Shown in pieces: positions 56,281-64,000 of a stretch of DNA of 64,000 bases. The position numbers were made by a program, and so were the translations under genes. The DNA comes from the human T2T-CHM13v2.0 reference genome, Homo sapiens. Numbering within the stretch: the first letter of the stretch is position 1; each line of letters starts with the position of its first letter. Under the pieces are notes generated by a model. The model had not been told where the DNA came from. It worked only from the letters and a program-made list of their open reading frames with translations, and searched no databases. The stretch lies in assembly GCF_009914755.1 (NCBI RefSeq), contig NC_060945.1; one strand, written 5' to 3'.

Positions 56281-59175
56281 AACTACACCATGAATGTTTG
56301 AATTTTTTTTTTTTGGGGGGGGGAGGGTGGATTTTGCTTTTCATCCAGAAGGAAAAGGGGAGGAGAGCTCCTTTACATTTTTTAAATTAAATTCATAAAT
56401 CCCAGAACAGTCTTTTTTTTTTCTTTTTCCTTTACACCCTACTTCTGAGCTTAATTCAGTTGATGTTATGTCCAAATTCAGGCTGAGTGCTCAGGCTGAA
56501 GCAACTCTGTAGCCCACAGTCCGTGCTGGCCACTGTCGGGGTGAGGCACATTCTAGGCCTGGCATCGCTGATGCCCTCTGCACCCAGTCCTTGAGCCAGG
56601 CCGAGGACAGGAAGGGCATTGCTGGCCTGTAGCTCCTGTTACCCACCCAGAGCCAGGCGCCACACTGGAGGCTCCCAGGCGGGAGGGCCCAGGCCCACCC
56701 ACGGGCGTCTGGCCGGTCAAGCTCCCAGCCTGGGCCGTGGTCTCCTGGGGACGCCGCTGGCCTCCCAGCTTAGGCCCAGGTGCCAGGTGTCATGGGGTCT
56801 CCTGCCCATCTTCCCAAGGATGCCATTGCTGTCTTCATCGTCTTCCCCCGTGTGAGACACTGGTTGTCTGGTACTCGGCGACAGTGTACCAGACGCGCAC
56901 CCTATGTGAGGTGCTTTAAGGTCCCTGTCCTCAGGAAGCGCAGTCTGGTGGAAGAGATGAGCGCTGAACAAATCACTAAATAACACAAAACAACAATGTA
57001 AGCAGCACTTTCTTGTGTAAAAAAAAAAAAAAAGCACGTCCTGTCGATGAATTTTGAGTCTCTCTGCCTTGCCTGTCCCGACTCCCTTTCGCGCACCGTG
57101 GCATGAGAATCTTTCCTCACGCTGTTCGTTGCGGTATTGCTGAGCATTGATGTTGATTTGAAGGAAAAGCCGTGGTTGGACCCAGCTGTGTGTTTCACTC
57201 ACGTGCAATTGAGTAGCTGTTGCCAGGCTGTCCATGCCTGTTGTGACTACCGGTTGGGGTCAGATTTGGGGTGAAGAATGAGTAAGTTTCTGCATGCTTT
57301 GTCTCTACCTGAGACACTTCTACAACAAGCCAAGTATAATCTCTCCAGCCCTGCAGATTTTCACCTGACTTGTTCAGCCCCATGCGTAGACTCCCGCTGC
57401 AGGCCTCTGGCCTGTGGCTCACTGCATGCAGCCCCTGGCGTGCAATACTAGTGCTCCACGGCGCGATGTGCTTCTAGCCCTTGCACTGCACCTAGGCTCA
57501 GGGTTCAAACGGCCAGCCCGAAAAGCCTGCCTGCCTTCTTTCTGGAAACAGCACGTCCCCGGCCGTGTGCCTGCCCCTTTCTCTACTGAGCTAGTCCCCA
57601 AACCAAAGGCAAGCCCCCTCGGGCCTCGGGGGATGGGGCCGGCCACACCCCTGACTCCGCCCTGGCTCTGCCCCATACCCCTGCCGTGGGGCCGACCTGG
57701 GGGATGCAGACATCCGGCTCCGTATTCCTGCCTATCGGGGCCAGGATGCAAAAACAATTTTTGCGTAAAAGATGTCACACTGATCTGCTGGAGTGGGGTG
57801 GACACATGAATTCAGTTTTATCATGAACACTCGCCACTGGCTGCTTGTTAATTCAGGGATAATGGTGGCATTCTTACAAACTGCTCGGGAAATAGAATGA
57901 CGGGAACACTTTTAGGGAGCCCAGGAAGTTACCAGGGACATTGGTGTCGCCGGCCCAGGCAACAGCAGCGTACGCTTTTCAAAGATCATTGAGTTGTCTT
58001 AGAATTTGAAGCTGTGTAATGACAATGTCACCTGGAGTTCGTCTCCATTTCTTAACTTTTTGTTGCACAAGTATTTGGACAGAAGTCGAACTGTGAATGA
58101 GATACTGAAATGCACTAAATTGTATTACATTAAACTGGAGTTACTTGATACAATGAAGAAATGCATCTGATCTACTTGTATTTATTGTCTCAGAATTGTA
58201 CGTTGTGACAATCAAATGTTACTTGCCTAAATGCCAGGAAATTCAACTGGCCTTTTAATCAGCAAGATCGCCAGCAAGTACTGTAACTGTAAAGGAAAAT
58301 CTCTCTCTCTGGAGAACCCACACAAACCATTGACCTGAGTGCGCATGACAGCCACTGGCTTCTTTTTCTATGATTGAAAATCTGCCATCGCTGACTGTTG
58401 GCCAGTTTCAAAGGGACCCATTGTATACAGGGTGCAAATGTATTATACGGATGTTTCCTTTTGTACACTTCATTTTTACAAGTTTTGCTACTCACAAGCT
58501 TTATGTAGTGGAGGATAGAGGTATTTTTGGTCTTTAGAAGCTTGTCGGGGTGAGGGCTGCTAACTTACACTTCAGAGGCCTGTGTCCCAAAGGCCTGGCT
58601 GCGTTTGCCGTGCTGTGCGAGGACCTGTGTACACAGGCAGGTGTGCGCCTGCCCGAGCGCGAGTAGCTCTTGTGTAGTGGTGAAATGCTGCAGGCATCTG
58701 TTTATTAAAATTGCTGCTGTGAAAGACAGGGATAAAATATCCACAATATAAGAGAAAGCGACTCCGTGCCTCCTTCTGTTTCTTCGTTTCCAGTCTGCAT
58801 AGATGTCTCCAAGGGGAAACCAGGGCCACCAGGCACTCCTGTCCCATGGGGCCACCCACCTTCAGAGCCCACTCCCACGGGCTCTGTTTCCTTGGAGGCC
58901 ATCCTGCCGATGGCACTTTTCAAGGCCCTCCCTTCCCTACGAGTTGCTTTCTGGGAGGGGAAATTGAAAAGGAGAGCGGTCACCTGGCAAAAACACAGGG
59001 GAAATCAGCCAGTCCACAAAAATACGCAAAATGACCTGATGATGTCCAAAAAAGGGTTTTAAAAGCGATCAAGGACAAAAGGTTTTCCTAAGTGGCATGT
59101 ATACATCCAAAACTACTCTTTTTTTGTAAAAACATTCATCTGTGGAGAAAACCAAGGAACCCCTTTCTCTTCTTT

Positions 59176-59181
59176 ATTAAA
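59176..59181 (+). terminator. Distal polyadenylation signal ATTAAA
   Basis: Variant hexamer with U-rich upstream and GU-rich downstream sequence (59223-59242). Confidence 0.55.
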
Positions 59182-60004
59182 AAGCAAAACAAAAACTCTT
59201 GTTAGAACCAAAAGATATTCCGAGTTCTCGTTTCGTGTCTTCTAAAAATAAGCTAAGCTGAAGAGTCTGGGTGTCCACATGCTCCTGGGAATGGCCCTGG
59301 CAACCTTGGTGACATGCTCTCTGCTCCGGGGCTGCCTCCTTCCCTAATGGCATCAGTGAGGGTGACAGGTCCATGCTGGTGCTTAGCCCAGCTCCTGAGA
59401 AGCTGGGAAGGCCTGGCTCAAAGTCCTGCGTCCAGATGCCATTTATTTTTTAAAATATATCCTGAAGTCAGAGCACCCAGAATTTTGCATGATGTTCTGT
59501 TGTTTTCTCGGGAGATGAAAGTGAAGTGCCTGGTGCCACTTGGTATGGGGATGTCATGGGTGGGTCAGGCCTTGCCCTCTAACAAGAGGGACTGACTTGC
59601 CTGAACCCCACTTCGCCTGTTTGAACACAAGTGCTCACGGGCACTGGGGGGCAGCCATGCAGACCCCTTCGGACTTCATCACCCCCAGCATCACAGGCAT
59701 CTGGCTCACCCAGGAGAGGGGCCAAGGTTAACCATGAGGCCCATTGCCTGCCTTTATTGGCCCAGATCCCACCTCCGCTTCACCCAGAAGCTCAGTACGT
59801 AGGAGTCAGTCCCTGCCACCTGACATTCTGGGACATGTGAGTGTGTACACATGTGCATGCATGCACACACCATGTGTGTGGGGACCTTCATAGCCATACG
59901 CATGCACACATGTACACACGTCCCAGCACACACACGGGCACACCTGAAGAATAAGGGGCAGCGTTAGGAAGTGGGCTTGGGAAACCATCCTCTTCATGTC
60001 TCTT

Positions 60005-60308
60005 CTTGTTTGTTTGTTTGTTTTTGAGACGGAGTTTCGCTCTGTCACCCAGGCTGTGGAGTACAATGGTGTGATCTTGGATCACCGCAACCTCTGCTTC
60101 CCGGGTTCAAGCGATTCTCCTGCTTCAGCCTCCCAAGTAGCTGGGATTACAGGCACCTGCCACCATGCCCAGCTAATTATGTATTTTTGGTAGAGACAGG
60201 GTTTCTCCATGTTGGTCAGGCTGGTCTCGAACTCCTGACCTCAGGTGATCCACCTGCCTCGGCCTCCCCAAGTGCTTGGAATACAGGCGTGAGCCACCAC
60301 AGCTGGCC
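60005..60308 (-). mobile_element. Alu (S-like)
   Basis: Full antisense Alu. Confidence 0.92.
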
Positions 60309-61303
60309 TTCTTCACGTCTCTTCTGAGCATAGTGCCTGAGAACCCGGAATTGTCCAGGTGGCTCACACAGCAGCAGGGTTCATGGAGATAAAAGCCCTT
60401 CTTGAAGAAAGTGGCCCCCCAGGGCTAAGGAACTTGATGAAGAAACCAAACAGTCCCGTGACGTCTTAGCAAGCTAGCAACGTGGCCTGAGCTTTGCTTT
60501 GCTGTTGGATGTGAGCTCTTCCACTGCAGGCGGCCTGCACCTGGGCTGGGCAGGAACAAGTCCAACCGCAGGTACCCTGGACGTGAGCCTTGATCGTCCC
60601 ACGTGTGGCCAGGGGGCCTGTGAGGGTGCACGTGCACACACATGCACACACAGACACACACGTGCACGTACACCAGCAGGTGCATGCCCTGCCGCTGAAC
60701 CCCTGGGGGAGGGACAGGCCCAGTCACAGGGGCAGGCACCAGAGGACAAGGCCACGGAGGGCTCCGCATGGCTTCGGCTGCTGCCCTGCAGTCGGTCCCA
60801 GCCTCATAGCACTTGCCAGGTGGAGCCGCTCCGAAGTCTTAGGATCCAGGGATGGGAAATGCCAGCAAGGTCACATGTGTGACCTCACTTCACAGCTGCT
60901 GGCGCAGCCTCTGCTTGAACCCAGCCAGATCCCAGCGTGCCTCTACTGTCTGAATTGGCCCATTCCATCGATCACAGATGGGGAGCACAAGTGTGTTTCC
61001 GTGGGACAGTGTGTTACGGGGGAGGCTTGGATTTGGGGGTCTGGAGGCCTCTAGATGAAAACCCAAAACTCACTCCTTAGGACCTGTGTGGCCCAGGCCA
61101 AGAAGGTTCTTAGCCTCCATGCCCTTCCGTGTTCTAGCCTGTAAGGTGGGGATGGTCATCAGGACGATCAGCGTACCTCCTGGGCTTAGGCCGTGACAGG
61201 TGCTCAGCAAGTGGCTACTGTCCCGGCAGACCCGGGGGCATCCCAAACCTGCATCTGTCCTGGGCCCTGCCTGTGCCAGCATGGAGGGGAGGGGCTGTGG
61301 TAG

Positions 61304-62940
<1,637 letters not shown>

Positions 62941-64000
62941 TCACCCCTTTTTGCTGGGCTGGGCCTCCTTTGCGAGTGCAGTGCGGTTCATCCCTTAGCA
63001 TCTCTGAGGTGTGTGCCCCGCCGTGTCCCTCCACACCGCTGTGACACTGCTGCTCTTCTGCAGAGTTGATAGCACGGGGCATGGTGACCGACGTCATCCC
63101 CCCCAGTAAAGGCGCACGAGGAGGGCGGGCTCCTGACCGGCCTCAGCAGGACTGTGTCCACCAGAGCAACACACCCAAAGCCAGGGTTCTGGCTGCAGCT
63201 CCTCAGACCAGTGGGAGGTCATTAGACCCGCAGGAGCGCACGTGACTCCGGGAAGTGGGATGGGACCGTGTTGCCGGAAAAGCCGGATGAGCAAAGGCGG
63301 GCAAGCCCAAGGTGTTCAGACCCGGCCGGAGAGGTGGGAGACGGGGAACACGGCAGCTGCACAGCTCTCCCGGGGAGAGTCCGCGTGTGGTGGGAGGGAC
63401 CCAGCCCGACTCCCTAGGAGCTGGTTTTCATGTTTGGGGCCCACGAAGACCTTGAGCTGCCTTCAGGAAGGATTGTCACGCGGGGCAGGGTGTGTAAGCA
63501 GATGAGCTGCGCTGTGCCAGCCTGTGCTCCTCTGCCCACGCAGCAGGCCGTACATTCCGCACCCGGGATGCCTGGGACGCCCACAGGCCTTGGCCAGGCT
63601 CGGCTTGTGGAGTGCAGAGCAAGGGCTGGTGGAGCTCCTCGGGCGCTTGGAGCCAGGGAGTGTGCGCAGTGGCAAGGGGGGACCTTAGAGACAAGCAAAT
63701 GCTAAATGATCTGAAATCGGGATTGGAGATGGGGCAGGGGAGAGTCGGCTCTAGACAGGCATGTCCAGCCTGTTTGCAAAACCCCTGCAAGATCTAAGGA
63801 CATCCAGGGGACAGACATCGTGAGCATGGGGTTCGGCTCCCATGTGCCTCTTGTCATGGAGGGACTTGAAGTCCTGAGCTATGCCAGAGGTCAGAGGACC
63901 TAGAAGGACCCACGGCATGTCTGTCCTGGGTGCCTGCAGAGCTGGGTGGGCCTTGCCCGCAGTGTGTCCGGGAAGGGGCTGCAGAACTGGGTGGGCCTTG

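Larger units (their letters stand above)
54014..59200 (+). other. AGPAT3: AGPAT3 3'UTR (long form ~5.2 kb; end approximate)
   Basis: Alu-free stretch after the stop codon ending near ATTAAA 59176; the 3' end is inferred from poly(A) signals only. Confidence 0.7.

Noticed and set aside
63934-64000. Repeated ctgcaga(g/a)ctgggtgggccttg at the window edge
   Set aside because: Only two copies visible; probably the start of a VNTR cut off by the window

Overview
This is primate (almost certainly human) genomic DNA: GC-rich and Alu-dense. It holds the whole coding region of AGPAT3 (LPAAT-gamma/LPLAT3, 1-acylglycerol-3-phosphate O-acyltransferase 3; human 21q22.3 by recognition) on the + strand. Eight GT-AG coding exons (31303-54013) splice to a 1131-nt CDS (376 aa plus stop). 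The protein has the NHX4D (NHNFEID) and EGTR acyltransferase motifs and a C-terminal KKKE dilysine signal. A 3'UTR of about 5.2 kb follows, with several poly(A) signals. Bases 1-31254 are a long 5'UTR intron; the promoter and first exons are not identifiable in the window. The rest is Alu, L1, MLT1 and MIR repeats, VNTRs and GT-rich tracts, and almost all entries in the ORF track are spurious. The most interesting unexplained signals are: (1) a ~300-nt non-Alu inverted duplication pairing an intron with the 3'UTR across the last two coding exons, with one arm later split by an Alu; (2) a candidate 5'UTR exon that would encode a 40-aa single-pass membrane uORF peptide ending 8 nt before the AGPAT3 ATG; (3) a tight cluster of CRX/OTX2-type motifs in an intron; (4) VNTRs built from transcription-factor-like and splice-donor-like motifs. 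There is no prokaryotic-type system (CRISPR etc.). Repeat boundaries and families are approximate, read by eye.
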